A stretch of DNA of 64,000 nt, taken from positions 5,309,492 through 5,373,491 of the forward strand of contig NC_090418.1 of NCBI RefSeq assembly GCF_036365525.1. Reading direction: 5' to 3'. The translations under genes were made by a program, and so were the position numbers. The first letter of the stretch is position 1; the number at the start of each line of letters is the position of its first letter. The notes beneath the pieces were generated by a model. The model was not told where the DNA came from. It saw only the letters and a list, made by a program, of their open reading frames with translations, and searched no databases. Shown here piece by piece: positions 12,889 through 23,990 of the stretch. This stretch comes from Heterodontus francisci. Taxonomy: Eukaryota.

Positions 12889-13886
12889 GAATAAACGGTA
12901 TTGTGTCCGGTGCATTGCTCCGTCCCACAGTCACTTGCTTGCATGGTCTCTGCTTCACGCTGGTCATTTCCATCTACCCACTGTGGCTCCAGATGATCAG
13001 GAAAAGCATGCAGCTCTTGGCTTCCGTTTGTCTTTTCCTTCGCCTCGGCCAACTGCGCGCCTGCATCTCCGGAAGGGCCGTCCAGACCAGGTTTCACTGG
13101 CAGGCCAGAGGTCACCGGGTCATCACCCACTTCGTGCTGCTCCGGGCAGTCAGAGAGCAACACAGCTTCTTCGCCCCTGGCCGGAACGAAGGGCAAGTCG
13201 CCATTTTCTAGCCGGGCAACCTTTGCAAGGGGCTCGTCCCCACTGCCTTGCCTCTCAGCCACGACTGAGCTGCGCGCTTGTTCTGCTGGTCCGATCTCGC
13301 TGGCTACAGGATCAGGGAGATTCTCGCCCTCCTGGGCTGGTCCAATCTGGCCGGCTACGGGATCAGGGGCACTCTCTCCCTCCTGGTTTGGTTGGATCTG
13401 GCTGGCTACGGGATCAGGGACATTCTTGCCCTCCTGGGCTGGTCCAATGTGGCTGACTATGGGTTCAGGGGCATTCTCGCCCTCCTGGGCAGGTCCGATC
13501 TCGCTAGCTGCAGGATCAGGGACATTCTCGCCCTCCAGGGCTGGTCTGATCTCGCTGGCTACAGGATCAGGGACACTCTCACCCTCCTGGACAGGTCCAA
13601 TCTGGCTGGCTACAGGTTCAGGGGCACTCTCGCCCTCCTGGACTGGTCCAAACTGGCTGGCTACGGGTTCAAGGGCACTCTCGCTCTCCTGGACTGGTCC
13701 AATCTGGCTGGCTACGGGTTCAGGGGCACTCTCGCCCTCCTGGGCTGGTTTGATCTCGCTGGCTATGGTTTCAGGGGCACTCTCGCCCTCCTGGGCTGGT
13801 CCGATCTGGCTGGCTAAGGGATCAGGAGCGCTCTCATCCTCCGGGGCTGGTTCGATGCCGGGCTCAGCCACAAAGTCTGTCGCCAT
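12889..13886 (-). CDS. WRAP53: WRAP53 first coding exon: long acidic, low-complexity N-terminus with 11 x 17-aa repeats
   Basis: ORF 12885-13886 with ATG in context acacATGG. Donor GTAAGT at 12888 (phase 2) joins in frame to exon 11325-11423. Probable acceptor ctctaattcctag at ~14069. Confidence 0.85.
13270..13826 (-). repeat. Coding 51-bp (17-aa) tandem repeat, ~11 copies, consensus P(D/E)PVAS(Q/E)IGP(A/V)QEGE(S/N)A
   Basis: Directly visible in the DNA and in the translation. Confidence 0.95.
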
Positions 13887-14404
13887 GTGTTTGGCTGCAG
13901 TCAGATACCTTCAGTGCTACAAGGGTAGCGCTTTTTAAAGTTTTTCGTTCGTTTCCTGGCAGCTGGGTACTGGTACACTGTGGAGGCCTTGTGATGGAGC
14001 GCTGTATTCATCACAACAGATGAGGGGGGGATTCAACCGTCACAACAGCGGACTGAAATAACGGACAGCTAGGAATTAGAGAACACATTTACAAACCTTA
14101 ACAGATGAAGAACAAAACTGCTCCACCCCAAATGGCTAAATGTGAAGACAGACAGCGAATGCAGGCAGACTGATCGACTGAGGGACGCATCGCCGTCAGC
14201 TTGTTTGCCATCGGCACTTGAGAACTTTCTGCCCAAGGAGAGGAATTGGGGTGGGGCGGGGAGGATGGTGGCAGTGTGGTCTTACTGGATTTTGATCAAC
14301 AGCAGGGACCCTGACCAATTTTCCCCTTCCCATGGTGCAAGGATGGTGATGCCACTTGCAGCAGCCTTCCCAGATGAGATCAAACTAACTCAGAGCAGAC
14401 AGGG

Positions 14405-14915
14405 AACACAGGAACAAGAGGAGGCCATTCAGCCCCTCTGCCATTCAATGAGACCATGACTGATCTGTTTCTTGAACTCCATCTACCCACTTTGGTTCCA
14501 TATCCCTTCACACCCTCGCCGAACAAAAATCTATCACGCTCAGAGGAAATAGTTTCTCTCTATCTACCCTATCGAATCCTTGAATCATCTTAATTCGATC
14601 ACCCCTCAGTCTTCAATACTTAAACCTAGTCTGTGCAACCTGTCCTCATAATTTAACCTTCTTAGCCCGGTATCATTCCGGTGAATCTGTGCTGCACCCC
14701 GTCCAAAGTCAATATATCCTTCCTGAGGTGCGGTGCCCAGAACTGAACATAGTTACTGCAGATGGGGTCTGACCAGAGCTTTATATAACTGCAGCATAAT
14801 TTCCACCCCTTTGTACACCAGCTCCCTGGAGATCAAGGACAACATCTCAGTTTCCACTAGCTTCTCGGCATTTAGAAAATACTCTGATCCAGCCTCCTTT
14901 GGTCCAAAGTGGATA
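14405..14915 (-). mobile_element. CR1 3' fragment(s)
   Basis: MLQLYKALVRPHLQ-type peptide on the - strand. Similar short CR1 3' ends recur throughout (e.g. 2250-3000, 3110-3480, 4710-5050, 6235-6585, 24850-25250, 28420-30185, 38400-38880, 50690-51100, 52130-52610, 59330-59770). Confidence 0.75.
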
Positions 14916-16763
14916 GCCTCGCACCTCCCCGTGTTGAACTCCGTCCAGCTGCCTGATTCAACCCCCCCACTCTTGTGATGAGTTAACCGGTTCCAGCTGG
15001 GGCAGTGGTTGGTCTCTGTGCTGCCAAGATCTGCCCACAACTCCAGCTGCGAAGTGCAGGTGTGTGAACATAACAATGGCAACGGGATCAGGCTTGGCTG
15101 CAAAGACTTTCCCCAAGGTCGATACTGATTCAACAGCATTTTTCAAAAGGGGAACTGGATTAATACTTGGAAAAAAAAATTGCAGGAATATGGGGAAAGA
15201 GCAGAACTGGACTGCTCTACGAAAGAGCTGGTGCAGACTCGATGGGCTGAATGGTTGTAATATTCTATGATATGGAGTAGTTAAGACCAATAGTATAGAT
15301 GCATTGAAGGGGAAGCTGGATAAGCACATGAGGGAGAAAGGAATACAAAGATATGTTGATGGGGTGAGATGAAGTGGGGTGGGAGGAGGCTCGTGTGGAG
15401 TCCAAACCTGGCTTGGACCAGTTGGGTCAAATGGCCTGTTTGGATGCTGTAAAGCTCTATGTAGGCAAAGAGAGTGTCACCTACCCCTCGTGCACAGAGG
15501 CCTTGTGTAGTCCCCACGACGTCACGAGCAGAGGGAATCAGCCCGAAGTACCCAGGCCCGTTTCAACAGCAACACGAATGCCTATAGAACGACAAAGGGT
15601 TACTCAACTCTTTGATCAGACATCGATAACAATCAGCTGACTGCTGCTGCCCACTTAAAGGGGAAGGGACCTGTACTGAAGGAGTACATTTAAATCCCTC
15701 TACTTTTGGCCCGGCCGCCTTTAAGTGGAATTATTAGCTTAACAAATACTTTTTTAAAATGTCAACAGAACTTGAAAATTTGGCAGATCACTAAAATGTA
15801 GTGGTCACGTACAGAAAAAAAAAATCAAAAAGGCAAATGGAACATTAGCATTTATACCGAGGGCTAGAATATTAAGGGGAGGAAGTTTTGGTACAGCTAC
15901 ACAAAACCCTGGTTAGTCCACATCAGGAGCACTGTATACAGTTCTGGGCACCACACCTTAGGAAGGATATACTGGCAGTGCAGCTTCACCAGAATGTTAC
16001 CAAGGCTCCAAGGGTTAAATTGTGCAGAGAAATTCCATAAGCTATGTTGAGAGGTGTTTTGATTGAGGTTTTTAAGATTTTGAAAGGAATTAGGGTGGAT
16101 GGAGGGAAAAATTTTCTACTGGTTGGAGCATCAGAACAAAAACAGAGCCAGGCCATTCAGAAGTTAGGGAAACAATTCTCCATGCAAAGAGCAACAGAAG
16201 TGTGGAAATCTCTCCCACAATCCAGAGCCCAGGCTAATGTCCTGGGGACGTGGGTTCGAATCCCACCACAGCAGCTGGTGAAATTTGAATTCAATTAATA
16301 AATCTGGAATTAAAAAGCTAGTCTAATAATGCCCATGAAACCATTGACGCTTGTTGTAAAAACCCATCTGGTTCACTAATGTCCTTCAGGGAAGGATATC
16401 TGCCATCCTTACCTGGTCTGGCCTACATGTGACTCCAGACCCACAGCAATGTGGTGGACTCTGAAAATGCCCTCTGAAATGGCCGAGCAAGCCAGGGCAG
16501 TTAGGGATGGGCAATAAATGCTGGCCTAACCAACGATGCCCACATTCAACAAACAAATAAAAATAAGCTGTAGATGCTGGCTCAATTAATAATTTTAAAT
16601 CTGAGATTGATAGATTTTTGCTCGACAAAGGGTATAAAAGAATATGGTGCCAATTAGCCATGATCTCCTAGAATGGCCAGCTCCTATTCTTATAAATGTT
16701 CCGAAGCTCAGTTTGGGTAGAGATGGGGATACATTTTCCCTGATCACAGGTTTGGCGGTGTCG

Positions 16764-17636
16764 CTCTAACCCCAGATTGGGGGGGAGGGAAGGGATCCCT
16801 CTAACCCCAGATTGGGGGGGGGGGAGGGGTCCCTCTATCCCCAGATTGGGGGGGGGGGGTGCTTCTAACCCCAGATTGGGGGGGAGGGATCCCTCTAACC
16901 CAAGATTGGGGGGGGGCGGGGTGCTTCTAACCCCAGATTGGGGGGGGAGGGGTCCCTCCCACCCCAGATTTTTGGGGGGGGGGGGTGGGGAGGGATCCCT
17001 CTAACCCCAGATTGTGGGGGGGAGGGATCCCTCTAACCCCAGATGGGGGGGGGGGGAAATCATCCCTCTAACTCCAGAGTGGGAAGAGGGGGGGGGGGGG
17101 GAGAGAAGGGGTCCCTCTAACCCCAGATTGGGAGGTGGCGGGAGGGGTCCCTCCAATGCCAGATTGTGTGGGGGGGGGGGGGGGGGAGGGGTCCCTCCAA
17201 CCCCAGATTGTGTGGAGGGGGGGGGGGGGAAAGGGGTCCGTCCATCCCCAGATTGTGGGGGGGAGGGGATCCCTCTAACCCAAGATTGTGGGGGGGAGGG
17301 GATCCCTCTAACCCCAGATTGTTGGGGGGGGGAGGGGTCCCTCTAACCCCAGATTGTAGGGGGAGGGGTCCCTCTAACCCCAGATTTTTTTTTGGGGGGG
17401 GGGAGGGTTCCCTCTAACCCCTGATTTGGGGGGGGGGGGGGGAAGAGGTGACCCTCTAACTCCAGATTGTGGGGGGAGGGGTCCCTCTAACCCCAGATTG
17501 TGTGGGGGGGGGGGGGGGAAGGAGTCCCTCTAACCCCAGATTGTGGGTGGAGGCGTCCCTCTAACCCCAGATTGTGGGTGGAGGCGTCCCTCTAACTCCA
17601 GATTGGGGGGGGGGGGGGGAAGGTCACTCTAAACCC
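16764..17636. repeat. G-rich minisatellite, ~25 copies of ~30-45 bp: CCCTCTAACCCCAGATTG(TG)-G(n)-AGGGGT
   Basis: Directly visible, with variable poly-G length. Lies at the start of WRAP53 intron 1. Confidence 0.95.
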
Positions 17637-17639
17637 GGG

Positions 17640-17900
17640 CCCAGCTGAAGGGTTGCAGGTGTGTGCCGCCTCCCCGGGGCCTCGGTTACTTGCCTCTCCC
17701 GCCTGTCTGTTTGCTGGGTTCGGGGTGGGGAGGGAGAGGGTCTCTCGAGCGCCACTTTCTCCTCAGCAGCAGCTTCACAAACCGGCAGCCATGTTTTCAG
17801 CGCCCGGGCCCGCGAGGCTCTGGCCGCTCTCGCGAGACCCGCGCCATGGCAACCGCGCCAAGCCTGTACCAATCACAGTCACGCCATCTCCAATCTGCCC
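17640..17900 (-). promoter_or_regulatory. CpG-rich WRAP53 promoter / non-coding first exon
   Basis: High CpG density. Motifs: YY1-like AAAACATGGC on - (17788-17797), TCTCGCGAGA palindrome (17828-17837), RFX-like gcgCCATGGCAAC (17841-17853), and CCAAT at 17869 and 17890. Candidate donor near 17690-17694. Confidence 0.7.
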
Positions 17901-18415
17901 AGCAACAGGGCGTGACAAGAGAAAATCTACCCAGCAACAGGGAGAAACGTAGGAAAATCAACCCAGCAACAGGGAGTGACAAGAGAAAATCAACCCAGCA
18001 ACAGGGAGTGAGGAAAGAAATCAACCCAGCAACAGGGAGTGAGGAAAGAAAATCTACCCAGCAACAGGGAGAAACGTAGGAAAATCAACCCAGCAACAGG
18101 GAGTGACAAGAGAAAATCAACCCAGCAACAGGGAGTGAGGAAAGAAAATCTACCCAGCAACAGGGTTGATAGGTAAATTGGCCATTGTAAATTGTCCCTA
18201 GTGTAGGTAGGTGGTAGGAGAATTGAGGGAAGGTGGGGATGTGAGAGGGAATTGGGATTAATGTAGGATTGGTATAAATGGGTGGTTGATGGTCGCCACG
18301 GACTCGGTTGGCCAAAGGGCCTGTTTCAGTGCTGTATCTCTCTATAACTCTATAACAGGGAGTGACAGGGAAAACCTACCTAGCAACAGAGAAATTCATC
18401 CCAGCAACAGAGAGT
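17896..18415. repeat. ~31-32 bp minisatellite (ACCCAGCAACAGGGAGTGACAAGAGAAAATC, ~11 copies) interrupted by an HE1-type SINE 3' end at 18166-18353
   Basis: Repeat is directly visible. The inserted SINE tail is bounded by TSD AACAGGG (18159-18165 / 18354-18360) and matches 41770-41945(-). Confidence 0.85.
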
Positions 18416-19489
18416 GATGTTAATAGTCGCCAACTCTGGTTGGATGCATTCCTGGAGGTTTCATCACAAGACCCTTCTGCCCGTCAATCAGCCACATCTC
18501 CCTTCTTCAATATTGTGATAGTTAATGAATAAAGGGGTTCAGAGAAACCGGGAAAAAATACACAATACTTTTAATGCCCCTTACATTTTTCCCCTGAATT
18601 GCTGGTCGCAGTGTTCAGGAGACTCCAGGATTCAGGAGCGTCATCAAACAAAATTTGACACCGAGCCACATAAGGAGACATTAGGGTAGATAACAAAAGG
18701 TTTGCTCAAAGAGGTAGATCTTAGGCAGCCTCTTAAAGGAGGAGAGAGAGGCTGAGAGCTTTAGTGAAGGAATTCCAGAGCTTAAGACCCGGGCAGTTGA
18801 AGGCACGGTGGTAACGGTGGAGCGATTAAAGTTTGGGATGCGCAAGAGGCCAGATTGGAATAGCTTAGATATCTGTCTAGGGTTGGTGGACGTGAAAGAG
18901 ATAGGGAGGGGCGAGGCCATGAGAGGAGTTGAACATCAAATGGTCGTAGTGTTCTGCACTGTAGGATTCAGAACAACTGAAGATTCTGCAGACAAAGATG
19001 AAGCAGAGAAAGAGTGGGATTGGTGCACAAGAGGCCATAATTAGAAGAGCAGGGGTCTTGCACTGGCACTTAGGGCTGGAGGACACCATCTGGTCATCAT
19101 CATATTGCTGCTTGTGGGAGCTTGCTGTGCGCCAATTGGCATTGCAACCGCGGCTACACTGCAAGCAAAACACTTAATCGGCTGCAAAGTGAGGGGTGGT
19201 CGCTAGTAGTTTGTGACGTCGTTGAAACTATATCAATGCGAGACTTTCCTTCTCTTCTTCAATGTGAAAATATACATTTGTGCATCTCAGCCAAAACCAT
19301 CCCAATAACATGGACAATTAATTATGGGGGAGGAGGGAGAAAGTGTGAAAAAAGACAAAATATAAAACAAAAAATATGTACATGTATATATAAAGAGAGA
19401 GAGAGAGACTAGGGCCCAAAATAAAGTCCTAAATGTCCTCTTTGGAAAGGGGAATATTAGTCCCATTCCACTTGACTTTAGTCAAGCGC

Positions 19490-19800
19490 CATTTGGCTTG
19501 GGGTGCCCGCGCGTGCGCGCTGGTGGCCCGCCGGCCGTTGCCCCGGGAGACGGCGGTTGGTGCGCGGGCGGGGCCGGGGGAGCACGTGGGTCCGAATTAC
19601 AAATCAGGGCGGTTAGGCGGCGGCGCGGGAAATTCAAAATACGTCACAGGGCACGGCACATTGCTTGGGCCGCTGCCATGGCAACCGAGACGGTGGGTGT
19701 TTTATTTGGGCCGGGTAAATGCTGCAAATGGCGGAAGACCCCAAAGGTTGAGGCCATAAAAAGGGCGAGTCCTGCGGCTGGCGGCAATTGGTAGGCTTAG
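19490..19800 (+). promoter_or_regulatory. Second CpG-island promoter, probably driving the + strand TMEM217-like gene (non-coding exon 1)
   Basis: Dense CpG. Motifs: GCGCGTGCGC (NRF1-like, ~19509), CACGTG (19583), CGCGG-GAAA-TTCAAA (E2F/CHR-like, 19624-19638), X-box gcTGCCATGGCAAC (~19672-19685), and AAATGGCGG (YY1, ~19726). Candidate donor TG|GTAGGC at ~19790. Linkage to TMEM217 is inferred. Confidence 0.65.
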
Positions 19801-19824
19801 AGCTTGAATATATGTACACCAATG

Positions 19825-21750
19825 GCGATCTGGGGACAGGTGGACCATTGGTGGGTTGAGGACAGGTGGACCATTGGTGGTTTGGGACAGGTGGCTCATT
19901 GGTGGTTTGGGACAGGTGGCTCATTGGTGGGTTGAGGACAGGTGGCTCATTGGTGGGTTGAGGACAGGTGGCTCATTGGTGGGTTGAGGACAGGTGGACG
20001 ATTGGAGGGTTGGGGCAGGTGGACGATTGGAGGGTTGGGACAGGTGGACCATTGGTGGGTTAGGATAGGTGGCCCATTGGTGGGTTGAGGACAGGTGCAC
20101 CATTGGTGGTTTGGGACAGGTGGCTCATTGGTGGGTTGAGGACAGGTGGACCATTGGTGGTTTGGGACAGGTGGCTCATTGGTGGGTTGAGGACAGGTGG
20201 CTCATTGGTGGGTTGAGGACAGGTGGCTCATTGGTGCGTTGGGACAGGTGGACGATTGGAGGGTTGGGACAGGTGGACCATTGGTGGGTTAGGATAGGTG
20301 GCCCATTGGTGGGTTGAGGACAGGTGGTTCATTGGTGGGTTGAGGACAGGTGGCTCATTGGTGGGTTAGGACAGGTGGCCCATTGGTGGGTTGAGGACAG
20401 GTGGACCATTGGTGGTTTGGGACAGGTGGCTCATTGGTGGGTTGGGGACAGGTGGTTTGGGACAGGTAGACCATTGGTGAGTTGGGACAGGTGGCCCATT
20501 GGTGGGTTGAGGACAAGTGGACCATTGGTGGTTTGGGACAGGTGGCTCATTGGTTGGTTGGGACAGGTGGCCCATTAGTGGGTTGGGACAGGTGGCTCAT
20601 TGGTGGGTTGGGGACAGGTGGTTTGGGACAGGTGGACCATTGGTGGGTTGGGACAGGTGGCCCATTGGTGGGTTGGGACAGGTGGCTCATTGGTGGGTTG
20701 GGGACAGGTGGTTTGGAACAGGTGGACCATTGGTGGGTTGGGACAGGTGGAACATTGGTCGGTTAGGACAGGTGACCCATTGGTTGGTTGAGGACAGGTG
20801 GCCCATTGGTGGGTTGGGACAGGTGGCCCATTGGTGGGTTGAGGACATTTGGACCATTGGTGGTTTGGGACAGGTGGCTCATTGGTTGGTTGGGGACAGG
20901 AGGACCGTTGGTGGGTTGGGACAGGTGGCTCATTGGTGGGTTGGGACAGGTGGCCCATTGGTGGGTTGGGATAGGTGACTCATTGGTGGGTTGGGACAGG
21001 TGGCTCATTGGTGGGTTGGGGACAGGTGGTTTGGAACAGGTGGAACATTGGTGGGTTGGGACTGGTGGCCCATTGGTGGGTTGTCATGTGGCTCATTCGT
21101 GGGTTGGGACAGGTGGCCCATTGGTGGCTTGGGACAGGTGGCACATTGGTGGGTTGAGGACAGGTGGACCATTGGTGGGTTGGGACAGGTGGCCCATTGG
21201 TGGGTTGGGACAGGTGGCTCATTGCTGGGTTGGGGACAGGTGGTTTGGGACAGGTGGACCAATGGTGGCTTGGGACAGGTGGCCCATTGGTGGCTTGGGA
21301 CAGGTGGCACATTGGTGGGTTGAGGGCAGATGGCTCATTGGTGGGTTGAGGACAGGTGGCCCATTGGTGGGTTGGGACAGGTGACTCATTGGTGGGTTGG
21401 GACAGGTGGCTCATTGGTGGATTGGGGACAGGTGGTTTGGAACAGGTGGACCATTGGTGGGTTGAGGACAGGTGGACCATTGGTGGGTTGGGACAGGTGT
21501 TTCATTGGTGGGTCGGGACAGGTGGACCATTGTTGGGTTGAGGACAGGTGGACCATTGGTGGGATTTTTTTTGTAACCCCCGTTTTTTTTTATAAGGTGG
21601 CCTTTATACCCCTGGCCCCTTTTAAGGGCCATTGGTGGTTTGGAACAGGTGGCTTATTGGTGGTTTGGGGCAGGTGCACCATTGGTAGTCTGGGGACAGG
21701 TGGACCATTGGTGGTCTAGTGACAGGTGGACTATTGATGGCTTGAGGATA
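19825..21750. repeat. Minisatellite, ~70 copies of ~26-27 bp GGACAGGTGG(CT/AC/CC)CATTGGTGGGTTG(A)G
   Basis: Directly visible. It generates all the spurious W/G-rich ORFs here. Confidence 0.97.
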
Positions 21751-21789
21751 ACTGGATGCGGGTTTCAACCCCAGGTAAGCTGAAGCAGG

Positions 21790-23210
21790 GATAGCGTCTC
21801 TAATTGCCCTTGAGAAGGTGGTGCTGTGCTGATGATGGAGGGAGTGAATGTTTAAAATGGTGGATGGGGTGCCAATCAAGTGGGTTGGTTTGTTCTGGAT
21901 GATGTAAAGCATCTTGAGTGTGGTTGGAACAGCACTCATCCAGAAAAGTGAAGGGTATTCCATCACTCTCCTGACTTGTGCCTTGTAGATGGTGGACAGG
22001 CTTTGAGAGTCAGGAGGTGAGTTACTTGCCACAGAATATCCAGCATCCAACCTATTCTTGTAGCCACAGTATTTATATGATTGGTCCAGTTAAATTTTTG
22101 GGCAATAGAGACCCCTTAGGATGTTGATATTGGGAGTTTCGATGATGGCAATGTTAAGGGAAAGTGGTTAGACTCTCTTGTTGGAGATGATCATTGCATG
22201 GCACTTGTTCAGCACAAATGTTACTTGCTACTTAATAGCCCAAGCCTAAATGTTAACCAGGTCTTGCTGTATATTGGCACGGACTGCTTCAGTATCTGAG
22301 GAGTTGCAACTGGTACTGAACACTGTGCAATCATCAGCGAATATCCATACTTCTGACCTTATGTTGGAGCGAAGGTAAAGATAAAGAAGTTGAAGATAGT
22401 TGAGCCTAGGACACTACCCTGAGGAACTTCTGCAGCGATGTCCCGGGGCTGAGACGATTAGCCTCCAAAAGCTACAACCATCTTCCTTTGTGCTCAGTAT
22501 GCCTCCAACCAGTGAAGTGTTCTCCCCCTGATTTCTGTTGACTTCAATTTTACGAGGGCTCCATGATGCCACGCTCTGTCAAATGCTGCCTTGATGTCAA
22601 GGGCAGTGACACCTCACCTCTGAAATTCAGGTCTTTTGCCCATGTTTGGACCAAGGTTGTAATGAGGTCTAGAGCTGAGTAATCCTGGCAGAGCCTAAGT
22701 TGAGCATTGGTGATCAGGTTATTGCTGAGTAAATGCTGCTTGATAGCACTGTCAACAACACCTTACATCGCTATGCTGATGATTGAGGGTAGACTGATGG
22801 GTCAGTGATTGGCTGGATTGAGTTTGTCCTGCTTTTTGTGGATGGACATACCTGGACAACTTTCCACATAGTCGGGTAGATGCCAGTGTTGTAGCTGTAC
22901 TGGAACAGCTAGGCTAATGGCACAGCTAGTTCTGGAGCACAAGTCTTCAGCACTACAATCAAGATGTTCTCAGGCCATTGCTGTGTCCAGTGCATTCAGC
23001 CATTTCTTGCTACCATGTGGAGTGAATCAAATTATCCGGAGACTGGTTTCTGTGACAGTGGGATCCTCAGGAGGAGGCCAAGACGGAATATCCACTCTGC
23101 ACTTTGGGCTGAAGATGGTTGAAAATGTCTTTTTCACTGATGTGCTGCGTTCTGCTATCATTGAGAATGGGGATGTTCATGGAGCCTCCTCCTCTCTTTG
23201 TTGGTAACGT
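21790..23210 (-). mobile_element. Degenerate non-LTR retrotransposon RT fragment (CR1/L2-group lineage distinct from HER1)
   Basis: LSTIYKAQVRRVMEY peptide and ALDIKAAFDRAWH-like RT motif on the - strand (~22565-22605). A homologous copy lies at 49860-50690. Confidence 0.75.
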
Positions 23211-23684
23211 GGGCACTGGTGAACTGTTGGGAACACTTGAAATATCTGTAGTTTTGAGGAAAATATGGTTTCTTTAAATATATCTAGATTTAGACTTGGG
23301 AGATATTAGGGTTATTTAATGTGTGGGGAATACCTGAAGTCATGAAGGTTTGGAGAATATTTAGATTAATAGAAAATGTTGGGTTCTCTTGTCTATTAGA
23401 GGTTTGGGGAAATTCTGGTCTATTGATCGGTTTGGAGTATATCTGGACCATTAGAGGGATGGAGACATTGGCGGGAAGAAGGCAAATCTGTTAGTTAGAG
23501 TCTTGTAAGGTGCTTGTTAGGATTTGGTTATGTGAGTTGTGGATGAGTGAAATTTGTTACAGTGTGAGGTTGCAGTGAAGAATGTTTAGTGAAATGTGGG
23601 GTATTTATTGTAGCAGAGTGTGGGTATTCAGAGAGGGGAGGCTGTGAGAGGTGGTGCCGTGATGAGAAAGTATTTCAATAGTGT

Positions 23685-23990
23685 TCTTACCTTGACAACT
23701 CTATAGTCAAATCAGTGAACTGCTACCTGCGTTGCATCCATGCTCTCGGAGCAATGCTCCTGGCATTGACACCGTGAGCAATCTCCCATCACAACCTCCT
23801 CACCAGATGCCTGGAGGTCTTCCTGCCATTGTTAAGGAAGAGGAAGTCTCTCCTCCTATCCACTCCCTCACCAAGGACTGCGTGAAAACCTTGCTGCCCA
23901 CTAGCTCCCTCCTTCATCCATTTCCTTCACAGGTACTTGCAGAACTGGTTTTGCAGCTAAAATGCACTTCCCCTTTAAGAGAAGCTAATT
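23685..23990 (-). mobile_element. Relic of a PIF/Harbinger-type Myb/SANT-like ORF
   Basis: The - strand reads VNARSIAPRAWMQRR*QFTDL followed by a GTAAG donor. This resembles the Harbinger-associated Myb/SANT motif (V...R.W.QC.KK..DL). Recognised by eye only. Confidence 0.45.

Larger units (their letters stand above)
1959..17800 (-). other. WRAP53: WRAP53 (TCAB1/WDR79, telomerase Cajal body protein 1) gene, 5' portion; 3' exons lie beyond the left edge of the window
   Basis: Five coding exons join in frame with GT-AG boundaries. They give ...[31 protein letters not shown]...[12 protein letters not shown]...[31 protein letters not shown], the WRAP53 WD40 N-terminal blades. A non-coding first exon is inferred in the CpG island at ~17690-17800. 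Confidence 0.95.

Noticed and set aside
12935-13938. Long + strand ORFs (173, 179 and 170 aa) as an antisense gene
   Set aside because: They are shadows of the 51-bp WRAP53 coding repeat, mostly with non-ATG starts, and have no independent family resemblance.
14975-15128. C/D-box snoRNA or scaRNA (GTGATGA...CTGA) in a WRAP53 intron
   Set aside because: Wrong strand relative to the host gene and no terminal stem. The body resembles a dispersed repeat also seen at ~1700-1800, 11050-11260, 36850-37010 and 40390-40620.
16764-17636. Telomerase RNA gene or interstitial telomere
   Set aside because: Only isolated CTAACCC heptamers. There is no CTAACCCTAAC template, pseudoknot or H/ACA context, and no (TTAGGG)n tandem.
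19921-21719. Many W/G/H-rich ORFs
   Set aside because: Translations of the minisatellite in multiple frames.
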